A stretch of 64,000 bases of DNA, taken from NCBI RefSeq assembly GCF_030013595.1, contig NZ_CP122768.1; one strand, 5' to 3'. Below are positions 15,125 to 27,887 of this stretch, one piece after another. The translations under genes were made by a program, and so were the position numbers. This DNA is from Escherichia coli. Its GTDB lineage: Bacteria; Pseudomonadota; Gammaproteobacteria; Enterobacterales; Enterobacteriaceae. The stretch's first letter is position 1; each line of letters starts with the position of its first letter. The notes below the pieces were generated by a model. That model did not search any database. It was given only the letters and a program-made list of their open reading frames with translations, and had not been told where the DNA came from.

Positions 15125-16366
15125 CTACACGGCACGGATACCCCTTTTACCGCTGGCTATGGTCACTCCGGTAGCTGCAGCCTCCACAAATTCACCCCAC
15201 CAGCGCATAAGCACCACGCGCTTTTCCAGGTAGTTACTTCGGTTATATGCCCGCCTTACCTCGTTCGTGTCCACGTGTGCGAGTGCGGCCTCGATTACGT
15301 CCGGTTCGAATCCTTCCTCGTTCGCTGCTGTGCTGAATATGGCGCGTAATCCGTGAGACACCAGCACACCAGCGTAACCCATCCGGCGTAATGCAGCGTT
15401 AGCGGTCTGGCTGCTCATTGGCAGCATCGGATTTTTAAGGCTGGGAAAAACGTGTTCCCTGTGTGCGCTGATTGGCTTCATGGTTTCCAGTACAGCCATA
15501 GCCTGACCGCAAAGGGGGATCACATGGTCACGGCGCATCTTCATGCGTCCGGCTGGAATCGTCCAGGTTTCGGCATCGAGATCTATTTCTTCCCAGCGTG
15601 CGGCGGCTGCTTCGGCTGGGCGTGCTACGGTCAGCAGTTGCCACTCAATCAGCAATCTGGTTTGCCGTTCTATGCTGGCGACCGATAAATCGTGCATTAG
15701 CTGCGGTAGCTGTTCCGGTCGGATGGTTGGCATGTGCTTTTTGGTGGGTGAGGGGAATGCCTTGCGGACGTTCGCGGCGGTGTTGATGTCAATCAGCCCA
15801 CTGTTGGCGGCAAAATCCATCACTTCATTGATGCGCTGCAAAACGCGTTTCAGAGTTTCCAGGTTGCCGCGTGCTTTAATGGGGGTGAGTATCTCAACAA
15901 AGCGGCGAGCGGTGAGGGTATCTATTGGCGTGTTTCCGATGTACGGGAATACGTATTTTTCCAGGGATCGCCAGATATCCTTAATCGTGTTGTAAGCCAG
16001 ATTCTGGCCTTTTTTCATCTCGTACCAGTCCGAGGCAACTTTTTCGAACGTGTTGCCCTTTTTCCGGCTCTCTGCTTCACGTTTCCGGCGTTCATGGTCC
16101 TGTGGGTCAGTTCCCTTTGCTATTAGTGACCTGTATTCATTCCGTCGCTCTCTGGCATCAGACAGGGAAACATCATTCAGCGATCCAAGGCTGATAATAG
16201 TCCGTTTTTTATCTGCCGGGCGGTAGTACGTAAAACGCCATATTTTTGATCCGGAGGGCTTCACCAGAAGAAATAATCCTCCGCCATCCTGCAGGGTGTA
16301 TTCCTTTTCCCCTGGTCGTGCGTTTTTGATCTCCGTAATGGTTAGTGGGGTGGTTTTTCGTGCCAT
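15125..16366 (-). CDS. int: P4-type tyrosine integrase (DUF4102 arm-binding N-domain)
   Basis: 413 aa. N-terminus TEIKNARPGEKEYTLQDGGGLFLLVKPSGSKIWRFTY. Catalytic region ...LTVARPAEAAAARWEEIDL...HGLRAIFSTAANE...ALAHV..NEVRRAYNRSNYLEKR (R..HxxR..Y). Confidence 0.92.
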   Translation of the reverse strand: MARKTTPLTITEIKNARPGEKEYTLQDGGGLFLLVKPSGSKIWRFTYYRPADKKRTIISLGSLNDVSLSDARERRNEYRSLIAKGTDPQDHERRKREAESRKKGNTFEKVASDWYEMKKGQNLAYNTIKDIWRSLEKYVFPYIGNTPIDTLTARRFVEILTPIKARGNLETLKRVLQRINEVMDFAANSGLIDINTAANVRKAFPSPTKKHMPTIRPEQLPQLMHDLSVASIERQTRLLIEWQLLTVARPAEAAAARWEEIDLDAETWTIPAGRMKMRRDHVIPLCGQAMAVLETMKPISAHREHVFPSLKNPMLPMSSQTANAALRRMGYAGVLVSHGLRAIFSTAANEEGFEPDVIEAALAHVDTNEVRRAYNRSNYLEKRVVLMRWWGEFVEAAATGVTIASGKRGIRAV

Positions 16367-16383
16367 GTTTTTTTACCCATCGG

Positions 16384-16457
16384 TAGCTATATGCCTGGTC
16401 GTAGCTATACGGCTTTAGCTACACGCTGGACCGTATAGCTAAACGTGTAGCTAAAAA
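16384..16457. repeat. Integrase-proximal arm-site cluster: five palindromic TAGCTA hexamers plus the right copy of the 26-bp arm repeat
   Basis: TAGCTA at 16384, 16402, 16416, 16436 and 16448. CGTATAGCTAAACGTGTAGCTAAAAA at 16432-16457 matches 5904-5929. Confidence 0.7.
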
Positions 16458-16504
16458 ATCCGGTTATAACCCTATCTTACCGATTCAATCCGGCGACTGA
16501 AAAC

Positions 16505-16540
16505 AACAAAAAAGCCCGTTAATCAGTAAATTAACGGGCT
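16505..16540 (-). terminator. Strong hairpin/terminator just inside the right island end
   Basis: AGCCCGTTAAT (16513-16523) pairs perfectly with ATTAACGGGCT (16530-16540). On the minus strand it is followed by TTTTTTGTTGTTTT. Confidence 0.65.
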
Positions 16541-16582
16541 TTCAATAGGTTACCGATGCTGTCCGATATTCAATTTGGTCGG

Positions 16583-16589
16583 CACGAGA
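16583..16589. repeat. Right junction direct repeat (attR core candidate) CACGAGA
   Basis: Identical to 5835-5841. A TATTCAA motif lies at 16567-16573. Confidence 0.6.
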
Positions 16590-16711
16590 TGATCAATATA
16601 GTGAAAATGGTGATGGATGCCGGGCTGCCTTATAGCATATTACGCGATCAGATATTTACTCATCCGTCGATGAGCGAATCACTCAATGATCTATTTTCAT
16701 TAGTCAAATAA
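16583..16711 (+). pseudogene. rclA: rclA 3' fragment (last 42 codons plus stop)
   Basis: HEMINIVKMVMDAGLPYSILRDQIFTHPSMSESLNDLFSLVK* is the C-terminal interface-domain segment, with the HPxxxE dyad, of the oxidoreductase begun at 4642. Confidence 0.9.
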
Positions 16712-16819
16712 ACTCAAAATCAGACGCCAGAACAAATATTCTGGCGTCTCAGAGAAAAGAATCTTATTAATTCCCTGTTACTTTATAACTTCTTAATCAC
16801 TTCATTGATGGTATTTTAT

Positions 16820-17056
16820 ATGTTTAAAAAACCTGTTTTATTTGCAACACTATTATCTGGCGTTATGGCATTTTCCACCAATGCAGATGATAAAATAATT
16901 CTGAAACATATCAGCGTCTCGTCAGTATCAGCATCACCGACAGTTCTTGAGGATGCCATTGCTGATATGGCCAGAAAATATAATGCTTCATCCTGGAAAG
17001 TTACATCGATGCGAATTGATAATAATTCAACCGCAACAGCAGTATTGTATAAATAA
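16820..17056 (+). CDS. rclB: RclB (YkgI), small periplasmic DUF1471/YhcN-family protein
   Basis: 78 aa from MFKKPVLFATLLSGVMAFSTNA (signal peptide). Position between rclA and rclC. Confidence 0.85.
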   Translation: MFKKPVLFATLLSGVMAFSTNADDKIILKHISVSSVSASPTVLEDAIADMARKYNASSWKVTSMRIDNNSTATAVLYK

Positions 17057-17067
17057 GGATGTTCACA

Positions 17068-17661
17068 ATGGAAAAATACCTGCACCTGTTAAGTCAGGGA
17101 GATAAAATTGGCCTGACATTGATTCGTCTGAGTATTGCGATTGTTTTTATGTGGATTGGGTTATTAAAGTTTGTCCCTTACGAGGCAGACAGCATTACAC
17201 CATTCGTCGCAAACAGTCCACTAATGTCGTTCTTTTATGAACACCCGGAAGACTATAAACAGTATCTGACTCACGAAGGCGAATACAAACCAGAAGCAAG
17301 GGCATGGCAAACGGCCAATAATACCTATGGTTTTTCCAACGGTCTTGGCGTCGTGGAGGTGATTATTGCTCTGCTGGTTTTGGCTAATCCTGTCAATCGC
17401 TGGTTAGGTTTATTGGGAGGGCTGATGGCATTTACCACACCGTTGGTAACACTCTCATTTTTAATCACCACCCCGGAGGCATGGGTACCCGCATTGGGTG
17501 ACGCTCATCATGGTTTCCCTTATTTATCCGGTGCTGGTCGCCTGGTATTGAAAGATACTCTGATGCTGGCAGGTGCTGTCATGATAATGGCAGATTCGGC
17601 GCGGGACATTCTTAAACAACGCAGTAATGAATCCAGTTCAACGTTAAAAACTGAATATTGA
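17068..17661 (+). CDS. rclC: RclC (YkgB), DUF417 inner-membrane protein
   Basis: 197 aa from MEKYLHLLSQGDKIGLTLIRLSIAIVFMWIGLLKF. Multiple TM segments. Confidence 0.85.
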   Translation: MEKYLHLLSQGDKIGLTLIRLSIAIVFMWIGLLKFVPYEADSITPFVANSPLMSFFYEHPEDYKQYLTHEGEYKPEARAWQTANNTYGFSNGLGVVEVIIALLVLANPVNRWLGLLGGLMAFTTPLVTLSFLITTPEAWVPALGDAHHGFPYLSGAGRLVLKDTLMLAGAVMIMADSARDILKQRSNESSSTLKTEY

Positions 17662-17820
17662 TAATCCGAACACTGTCTGTTGTTCACTTTTTCAGGCGTC
17701 AGGCCCCCTTTCTGATGATGAAGCCTGACGCCATATTACCGGAGATATGACAGAGTGAAGATCAATATCACTCCCCTGTTAAAAGATTCTTGTCGTCTCA
17801 GGTAAAATACATGATTAATA

Positions 17821-18705
17821 TCAATCATGTATTTTTACAGCAAGACAACCACGAACAAACTCAGGATTAAAATGTTTTACCGATTCCCCAACATAACCCA
17901 AATCAAGCGAACTAATTTGCGCCATTTCTTTCTCTGTCAGTGAGAAATCCCAAATAGCAAAATTTTCTTCGATACGCTGTTGATGTGTCGATTTCGGAAT
18001 AACGACCACTCCCCGTTGAATATTCCAACGCAGAATGACTTGAGAAATCGATTTTTGATGGGCATCTGCAATACTCTGAAGCAGATTATTTTCAAAGGGT
18101 TTATGTCGTCCACCACCTAACGGAGCCCATGCTTCAGGCTGCACGATATAATACTTCATGGTTGCCAGCGCCTCTGGTTGGGCAAAATAGGGATGCAACT
18201 CGACCTGGTTGACCATCGGTTTAACTCTTACCGTTTCACAAAAGTTCGCCAGAACATGAGGATAGAAATTGGAAACCCCAATCGCTTTTAATTTGCCCTC
18301 TTCATAGGCATCTTCGAGTGCACGCCACGCACTGAAATAATCGCGCATAGCCTGGTGCAATAAATAGAGGTCGAAGTATTCTAGTCCCGATTTTTTTAAT
18401 GACGCTTCAATACCTGCTTTTGCCGTATCCTGATTCAACATATCCTGCACCCACAATTTAGACGTTATAAATAACTCTTCTCGGGTACATAAACCTTCAG
18501 ATATGGCTTCACGAACGGCTTCACCGACGGCATCTTCATTACCGTATACCGCTGCAGTGTCGATGAGTCGATAACCCGTGCGGATAGCATTCAGCACTGA
18601 CTGTTTGCACACGTCTTTATCGGTAACCTGAAAAACACCAAATCCCATCATCGGCATTTTCAGATTGTTACTTAATACGGAAAATTCCACTGTCAGTCCC
18701 TCCAT
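17821..18705 (-). CDS. Aldo-keto reductase family protein
   Basis: 294 aa. MPMMGFGVFQV.., [22 protein letters not shown], and IPKSTHQQRIEENF AKR signatures. Confidence 0.85.
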   Translation of the reverse strand: MEGLTVEFSVLSNNLKMPMMGFGVFQVTDKDVCKQSVLNAIRTGYRLIDTAAVYGNEDAVGEAVREAISEGLCTREELFITSKLWVQDMLNQDTAKAGIEASLKKSGLEYFDLYLLHQAMRDYFSAWRALEDAYEEGKLKAIGVSNFYPHVLANFCETVRVKPMVNQVELHPYFAQPEALATMKYYIVQPEAWAPLGGGRHKPFENNLLQSIADAHQKSISQVILRWNIQRGVVVIPKSTHQQRIEENFAIWDFSLTEKEMAQISSLDLGYVGESVKHFNPEFVRGCLAVKIHD

Positions 18706-18904
18706 TAGGCATGAACAATGAGTCTACGTTAAAACGTAACCTCAAATTAGTATGTGGATTTTGATATCACTTATGCAAAAAATTCATTAATAATGTAGGA
18801 CTGAAACCTCTCTATTTTTGGGGCAATGAAGCAGACGCTATCAGTGCTTTTGCCTTGGGCCTTGCTGTTTTTGATACACTTAGGGCCCAGGGCATAACGA
18901 AAAT

Positions 18905-19795
18905 GTGCGATATGACAAAGAATTAATGGAGAATGTGATGATCAGGCAGAAGATTCTACAGCAGCTCCTGGAGTGGATTGAGTGCAATCTCGAGCACCCT
19001 ATTTCAATCGAAGATATCGCACAGAAATCTGGCTACAGCAGACGCAACATCCAGCTTCTTTTCCGAAATTTCATGCATGTGCCTTTGGGAGAATACATTC
19101 GCAAACGAAGGCTTTGTCGTGCCGCCATTCTTGTCCGGCTCACCGCGAAATCTATGCTTGATATTGCACTCTCTTTGCATTTTGATTCACAGCAGTCATT
19201 CAGCCGCGAATTTAAAAAGTTATTCGGCTGCTCTCCCCGTGAATACCGCCACCGTGATTATTGGGATCTCGCAAATATCTTCCCTTCTTTTTTAATACGT
19301 CAACAGCAAAAGACGGAGTGTAAATTAGTCAACTTTCCTGAGACACCTATTTTTGGCGATTCATTTAAATATGACATTGAAGTGTCGAATAAATCACCGG
19401 ATGAAGAAGTCAAACTGCGACGTCATCATTTAGCCAGATGTATGAAGAGTTTTAAGACGGATATCTATTTCGTCTCCACATTCGAACCGTCAACAAAATC
19501 GGTCGATTTGCTCACAGTTGAAACTTTTGCCGGTACGGTATGTAAACAAACCGATTCAGAGATGCCGAAAGAGTGGATAATTAACCGAGGACTGTATGCC
19601 TCTTTCCGCTATGAAGGTGAGTGGGAGCACTACTCTGAATGGGTGCGAAACCTCTATCTGATGGAATTACCTGCCAGGGGGTTAGCCAGAGTGAACGGCA
19701 GTGATATTGAGCGGTTTTATTACAATGAAAACTTCGTCGAAATCGATAGCAATAACATTGTTTGCGAAATTTTTATCCCCGTTCGTCCGGTTTAG
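18905..19795 (+). CDS. ykgA: AraC-family regulator with C-terminal GyrI-like effector domain (YkgA)
   Basis: HTH region ISIEDIAQKSGYSRRNIQLLFRNF...SLHFDSQQSFSREFKKLFGCSPREYR, plus a ~150-aa C-terminal domain. The start may be one of the internal Met codons in the first ~12 residues. Confidence 0.75.
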   Translation: MRYDKELMENVMIRQKILQQLLEWIECNLEHPISIEDIAQKSGYSRRNIQLLFRNFMHVPLGEYIRKRRLCRAAILVRLTAKSMLDIALSLHFDSQQSFSREFKKLFGCSPREYRHRDYWDLANIFPSFLIRQQQKTECKLVNFPETPIFGDSFKYDIEVSNKSPDEEVKLRRHHLARCMKSFKTDIYFVSTFEPSTKSVDLLTVETFAGTVCKQTDSEMPKEWIINRGLYASFRYEGEWEHYSEWVRNLYLMELPARGLARVNGSDIERFYYNENFVEIDSNNIVCEIFIPVRPV

Positions 19796-19915
19796 CTGTA
19801 GCGATGTTTACATGAATTTATAACGAGACTACTGTCAGGCAATTCAATAAATAATGGCGTTGAAGATGTCAACGCCATTATTGTTTATTAGAATGTTACT
19901 TTCATATTCTCAATA

Positions 19916-22900
19916 TTATTTCATCGCCTCCTCGCCCTTTGCCGTATCGGCATCCACCGCGGTAATGGTCACCGTCACTGGCTTCATTTCGTACCCGCCA
20001 TACGTCAGGGCGTTAAATGTAAACGTATAGACACCTGGCTTGTTGGTACTAAATGTACGCGTGATTTTTCCGCTCACGAAATGGTCATTTTTCGACGGCA
20101 GGAATTGATAATCCTTCTCCGTCACTCCTTCCGGCGTCTGAATGTCGACCCACACATTCCCCCCAACAGGGTTATTTGCCGAGAACAGGGTCACCTCCAG
20201 CTTCGCAGTCGATTTCCCATCCGCCACCAGCGATTGCACATCAGATGATGCGGTGAGCTCCGCGTTTTTATCATCCGCGACGAATTTAGATTCGGCAGTT
20301 TTCGTTGATACCTGACCGTTGGTCTGACTCACTTGCGCCTTGAGTGTGTATGTCGCCGCAACAGTAGTGGTAGCGGTGAAAATAGCCTGCCCTTGCTCAT
20401 TCGTTGTCGCAGTGCCATTCGGTTCCAGGTTTAACGAAGCCGGGCTGGCAGTCAGCGTCACTTCGCTATCTTTCACCAAATTCTTATTGGCATCAGTCAC
20501 CGTAACTTTATACGTTTGTTTGGCTTTGCCGTCCGCCAGTGCATAGTTGCCAATCACCTCAATACCGGAGACGGTTGCGGTAGCCTTATCGGCTACAAAC
20601 GTTATAGTCTGCGTATTCGAAGGCTGGCTATTCCCTGCCGATGCCGTGATCTCATACGTTCCGGCAGTCACTGAAACCACCTGCAACTCTGCTTTCCCCT
20701 CATCGTTGGCTTTCACCCAGACATTATCGCCTGTAAGCGGCTTGACACCCCGAGGCAGATTAAAGGTCACCAGAGTTCCTGGAACAGGGTTACCGTTTTT
20801 ATCCTCAACGGTCGCCGTCAGCGTAAAGGCATCTTTGCCGTTTGCCACTTTTTGAACGGCGGTGTCTACCTGCAGGTTTGCCTGACCGGTGCTGGCATCC
20901 GCGTTGAATTTCACCGTGACCGTCTTCTGAGAGTTTTTCACCGCGGCCGCGATTTCAAGTTCCCCTGCAACGGTTGATATCAATTCAATATCCGCTTTAC
21001 CTGCCGCATTGGTTGTTACTGTATTCCCCGTCTTGCTAGTCACACCCTGCGGTAAAGTCAGCGTAACTTCTTGCCCCTGCAACGGGTTACCATAGCTGTC
21101 CACGACGGTCAGGGTTACCTGGTTAGCAGACTGTCCATTTGCCAGTTGGTTATTCACCTTCACCGCCATATCACTGATCACTGCCCGGGAAGCGTCGCCT
21201 GCAACATTCAGCACCAGTGGCTGAGCAACGGCATTTTGGCCGTTCACTCGCGGCATCACAGACAACTGACCCGCGGCAGATCCCAGCGTTAAGGTCGCCA
21301 CGTAGACCCCATTACCTTTCTCTGTCCAGTTTCCTGCTGAAGGACGCTCACTCCCCGTGCTGGCGGCACCGCTAAACACTGGTGCATCTGGCTTCAGCCC
21401 GGTGACCGGGTTCCCGTACGCATCCTTCACGGTGAAGGTGAGTTCCGTCGTCGTTTTAACCGTTGGAGTCTTATTGTCCGCAACAAGCGTAGAGTTCGCT
21501 GATGACATCTCCCCGGCGATGACCGTCAACTGCGCGGCTTCGGTGGCTGCTGGCTGGCCGTTGAAGAGAGGCATGACACGAAGCTCGCCCGTCTTTCCGC
21601 CTGTGGTCAACGTAGCAACATAGGAACCGTCACCTTTTTCGGTCCAACTGGAAATAGTCGCCCCTTCAGAGGCGGTCCCCGTCAAACTTGCCGACAACGA
21701 AAGACCACTGATAGCGTTGCCATGCGCATCTTTCGCCACCAGCGTCACGGTTGTGCTTTCGCCGGCTTTTACGCGATCTGCGGCTACAGACACTGTCGAC
21801 TGGCCTGAAGATAACGCATCAGCCACCACGGTTACTTTTGCCGCGTTTGCTGCCGCATCCTGTCCATTTAGCTTCGGCATAACTTCTAATTCACCCGCCG
21901 TAGAGCCGAGAGTAATCTGCGCAGTCCACGTCCCATCACCATTATTTGTCCAGCCAGATGCCGTAGAACCTACAGCAGCGGCACCCGCTAATGACGGCGC
22001 TTCCGGCGTGAGGCTGGTCACAGGGTTGTCATTGGCATCTTTTGTCGACCAGATTGCCGTAAGCGTACCGCCGACCACCGGTTTATCAGGATTCAGTGTG
22101 ATGGACGAATGTGCTGCATCAAGCGGCCCGGCAACAAACTTCAGCGTTTGTTGTAATGTGCCCAGCTGATACTGCTCGCTGAAGGCACGCACAACAACGT
22201 TTCCGGCACGGGTCGAAGAAACCGTGGCGCTGTAAACCCCTAGTTTTATTTCCGAAATGGCACCAACGGTTACACCATTAGTGTCTTGCGGAACAAGTCG
22301 CAGGCGGCTGGCTTCTCCCGTCACCGGATTACCCTCGGAGTCCACCGCTGTCAGTGTCAGCGTGTAGGCTTGCTGACCATCAGCAACCACATCACCTGAC
22401 TGCTCGTTAGCGCTCAGGGTGGAGTTTGCCACATCCATCATCGTGGCCCGCAGTTCTGCAGTGACAGTTTTGCTCATGTCATCAACGCTAACAGTAATCG
22501 TTGCCTCACCTGACTGCGTTCCGGTAGTAAAGACAGACTGATACACCCCTGCTTCAGTTTCGGTGAACTCACCCAGTGTTGGCTTTGCCTGTGATTTAGT
22601 GGCCTTCAGGGTACGAGTCACAATATTTCCAGCCGGTTTGAAGGTTAGTTCAGTCTTGATCTGATCTTTCATGCCCGTGACTGGCTGGCCCTCGGCGTCG
22701 CGCAGAGACAGCACCAGCGGCTTTTGCTCATTACCGTTAGCAAGCATTTGAATACGGCTCTGACCGTCAAGCGTTAACACCGTACGATCGGCGCTCATAC
22801 CAGCTCCGCTAATAACCACTTCTGTCTGCACACGTTTCGAGGCATTGCCTTTGTTATCGTAGGCAATCGCTGAAATCGCATAATAATTGTCTTTGCCTGC

Positions 22901-24169
22901 CTGATAAGCCGGGAGCGTCACTTGCCACTGATTGCCCTGTCCCGTAATTTTTCCGCCTGCGGCCAGCAAAGACGGCGCTTCCCATTGCACATTTTTCAGA
23001 CCGTGTGTTGCTTTGCTGACCACAAGCCCCAGGGAAACCGTCTGACCGCCCTTACCTTCAATCCGCTCAGGCAGAGCAATACGGATCACTTCAGATTTGC
23101 GGTACTCAAGAACGATGTTGTTATTACGCTCAACCAGGTCATAGCGGCTGCCTGCCAGCATTCGACGCTCGCGAATGCGGTCTGTATCGAGTTGTTTTTC
23201 CAGAGGTTCGCCAATCCGATAATTAACTTCCAGGCCAAAGCGAGTGTCATTCTCACCACTCTTGCCCTGCTTATGCCCGGCACTCAGGGTCAGAAGAGGC
23301 ACTGGCGTGTAATTCACTTCAGCGGTAATCGCATGTGGATCTTTCTGGCGTTTATCTTTACCAAACAGCCCGACTTCATCGCCATAATACTGTTCATACA
23401 TCAGGCTTGCGCCAAGCTGCGGCCAGGCAGGTAAATAGCCCTCAGCACGAATATCCCAGCCATTCGCCGGGCGTTCCTGATAATCCTCAACATCCGGCGA
23501 TTTTTTCCAGCCAGAAGCCCGGATATAACCATTGGCGCTCAATTTCAAATAATCACGCCAGTATTCCGCACCAACACCAATGCGGGTATGACTACGGGAT
23601 AAATCATGATCGATAAAAGTATTCACCCCCGCCATCCAGTCATTTCCTGAAAAATGACGCCAGCCAAAACCAATATTTGACTGAGTACGATCGTCGGTAC
23701 GATGTATTGCTCCCTGAGTGAACAACATATTTGTCGGCGTATCATAAATCGGATAAAGCATTTCCAGCGAAGAATCCTTCAGCGAGAAATCTTTATCGAC
23801 ATTCAGTTTGACGCGCGCAGTACCATATTTCCCGAGCCACTCCTGTATTTCCTGGTTAGCTTTAGCGGTGGCCATTCCGGTAATAAAGTTACGTGTCGCA
23901 TCGCTATCTGGCTGACTGCTTAAAAATGTCCCGGCATTTGCGGCAAACGACGCGACATTTTGCTCCACGTTATTATCAGCAGTTACCGTAGTATTTCCCA
24001 TGCTCAACCGTGGCTGAACCGCATGCTGCGCATGTGCCGCCATTACTGGGGTAAAGGTGACAGCGAGTGGGAAAAGAACCTGAACAGAGATATTTGCCCA
24101 CGCCACGCAGCGGGCCAGAACTGAATAACGAAATCGTGGTTGTTTATGACCTGTTTTATAACGTGACAT
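19916..24169 (-). CDS. eaeH: Full-length intimin/invasin-family inverse autotransporter adhesin EaeH/FdeC
   Basis: 1417 aa. N-terminal signal/anchor, a beta-barrel region (..GFGWRHF..YLPAWPQLGASLMYEQYYG..), then a long array of Big (Ig-like) repeats. Confidence 0.9.
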   Translation of the reverse strand: MSRYKTGHKQPRFRYSVLARCVAWANISVQVLFPLAVTFTPVMAAHAQHAVQPRLSMGNTTVTADNNVEQNVASFAANAGTFLSSQPDSDATRNFITGMATAKANQEIQEWLGKYGTARVKLNVDKDFSLKDSSLEMLYPIYDTPTNMLFTQGAIHRTDDRTQSNIGFGWRHFSGNDWMAGVNTFIDHDLSRSHTRIGVGAEYWRDYLKLSANGYIRASGWKKSPDVEDYQERPANGWDIRAEGYLPAWPQLGASLMYEQYYGDEVGLFGKDKRQKDPHAITAEVNYTPVPLLTLSAGHKQGKSGENDTRFGLEVNYRIGEPLEKQLDTDRIRERRMLAGSRYDLVERNNNIVLEYRKSEVIRIALPERIEGKGGQTVSLGLVVSKATHGLKNVQWEAPSLLAAGGKITGQGNQWQVTLPAYQAGKDNYYAISAIAYDNKGNASKRVQTEVVISGAGMSADRTVLTLDGQSRIQMLANGNEQKPLVLSLRDAEGQPVTGMKDQIKTELTFKPAGNIVTRTLKATKSQAKPTLGEFTETEAGVYQSVFTTGTQSGEATITVSVDDMSKTVTAELRATMMDVANSTLSANEQSGDVVADGQQAYTLTLTAVDSEGNPVTGEASRLRLVPQDTNGVTVGAISEIKLGVYSATVSSTRAGNVVVRAFSEQYQLGTLQQTLKFVAGPLDAAHSSITLNPDKPVVGGTLTAIWSTKDANDNPVTSLTPEAPSLAGAAAVGSTASGWTNNGDGTWTAQITLGSTAGELEVMPKLNGQDAAANAAKVTVVADALSSGQSTVSVAADRVKAGESTTVTLVAKDAHGNAISGLSLSASLTGTASEGATISSWTEKGDGSYVATLTTGGKTGELRVMPLFNGQPAATEAAQLTVIAGEMSSANSTLVADNKTPTVKTTTELTFTVKDAYGNPVTGLKPDAPVFSGAASTGSERPSAGNWTEKGNGVYVATLTLGSAAGQLSVMPRVNGQNAVAQPLVLNVAGDASRAVISDMAVKVNNQLANGQSANQVTLTVVDSYGNPLQGQEVTLTLPQGVTSKTGNTVTTNAAGKADIELISTVAGELEIAAAVKNSQKTVTVKFNADASTGQANLQVDTAVQKVANGKDAFTLTATVEDKNGNPVPGTLVTFNLPRGVKPLTGDNVWVKANDEGKAELQVVSVTAGTYEITASAGNSQPSNTQTITFVADKATATVSGIEVIGNYALADGKAKQTYKVTVTDANKNLVKDSEVTLTASPASLNLEPNGTATTNEQGQAIFTATTTVAATYTLKAQVSQTNGQVSTKTAESKFVADDKNAELTASSDVQSLVADGKSTAKLEVTLFSANNPVGGNVWVDIQTPEGVTEKDYQFLPSKNDHFVSGKITRTFSTNKPGVYTFTFNALTYGGYEMKPVTVTITAVDADTAKGEEAMK

Positions 24170-24720
24170 TGAGATAATTTCCTGATGAACGAATTAACGA
24201 ACATAGGCAGACACAAATAGTGGCGTCTGCTTGTCAGAAAAACCGGGGATTTCCCGGTTTCCTTTTCCGCAGAAAAGGAAATACCTTTATGTAAGAAAGT
24301 ACACCGCCACCTAATATATCCAGTGTCTGTAGCCACTCATCAGGTGGTTGGGCGCGGGATTATATTTTTATTTATGGGTTAAAAATTTAGCTTTTTGTGC
24401 AAGTTATTAAATAGATACTTAAGTTATATTTCTTACTCTGCGGGCAGTGAATAATTCATTATTAAGAGTGAATAATAATGACCTGTCTTTAATTAATCGC
24501 TATTGGGAATACGTCGAAGTAGGTATATACACCAGGATAAACCAATATATTTTTTATGGATATTCATTTTCCTTCATCAGACTGTGAATTGCAGGGATAT
24601 CGAACTTGCACGACTCATCGCAACACTTAAGCAGATTTATGAATTTCGTTCATAACCCCTGACAAATCCTGCCGTCTAATCGAGCTTTTCCCTTTACGTT
24701 ATGCTTCTCATGAACGATAA

Positions 24721-27644
<2,924 letters not shown>

Positions 27645-27887
27645 CTAAACTTTCAGGAGATTTATTATGAATAAACGTATCCTCACGATTGCGCCATTCT
27701 TCTTACCGATATTCTGACACACATCATTAACTTTCTATTTTTACTCTTTTCTCCACCATAAATTCAATAAAAGCACTAACAGTAATTATAAATAAAAACA
27801 AAGCCAAAAATCCTGGTTCCAAAGCTGGTAACAACTAACCAGTTAAAATATACGCATCAAAATCAGATAAACATTTGAGGTATTGTC

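Larger units (their letters stand above)
5842..16582. mobile_element. ~10.7-kb PICI-like phage satellite / integrative island inserted in rclA
   Basis: Bounded by the split halves of rclA. Contains a P4-type integrase, AlpA, a replicase with a 3' iteron origin, small regulators, a capsid-assembly-like protein, a Nu1-like HTH protein, and a cos-like site. No portal, TerL, major capsid, tail, or lysis genes are visible. Confidence 0.8.

Noticed and set aside
16556-16563. TGCTGT shared by both rclA junction regions (5822-5827 and 16557-16562) as an alternative att core
   Set aside because: Recombining there would give an in-frame ..LLSDIQFGRHEM.. junction. However, the left flank retains the native CVD codons beyond that point, so the chromosomal sequence extends at least to 5834.
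20340-23616. Multiple 60-170-aa + strand ORFs inside eaeH
   Set aside because: They are antisense shadows of the Big-domain repeat region of a clearly intact 1417-aa gene.
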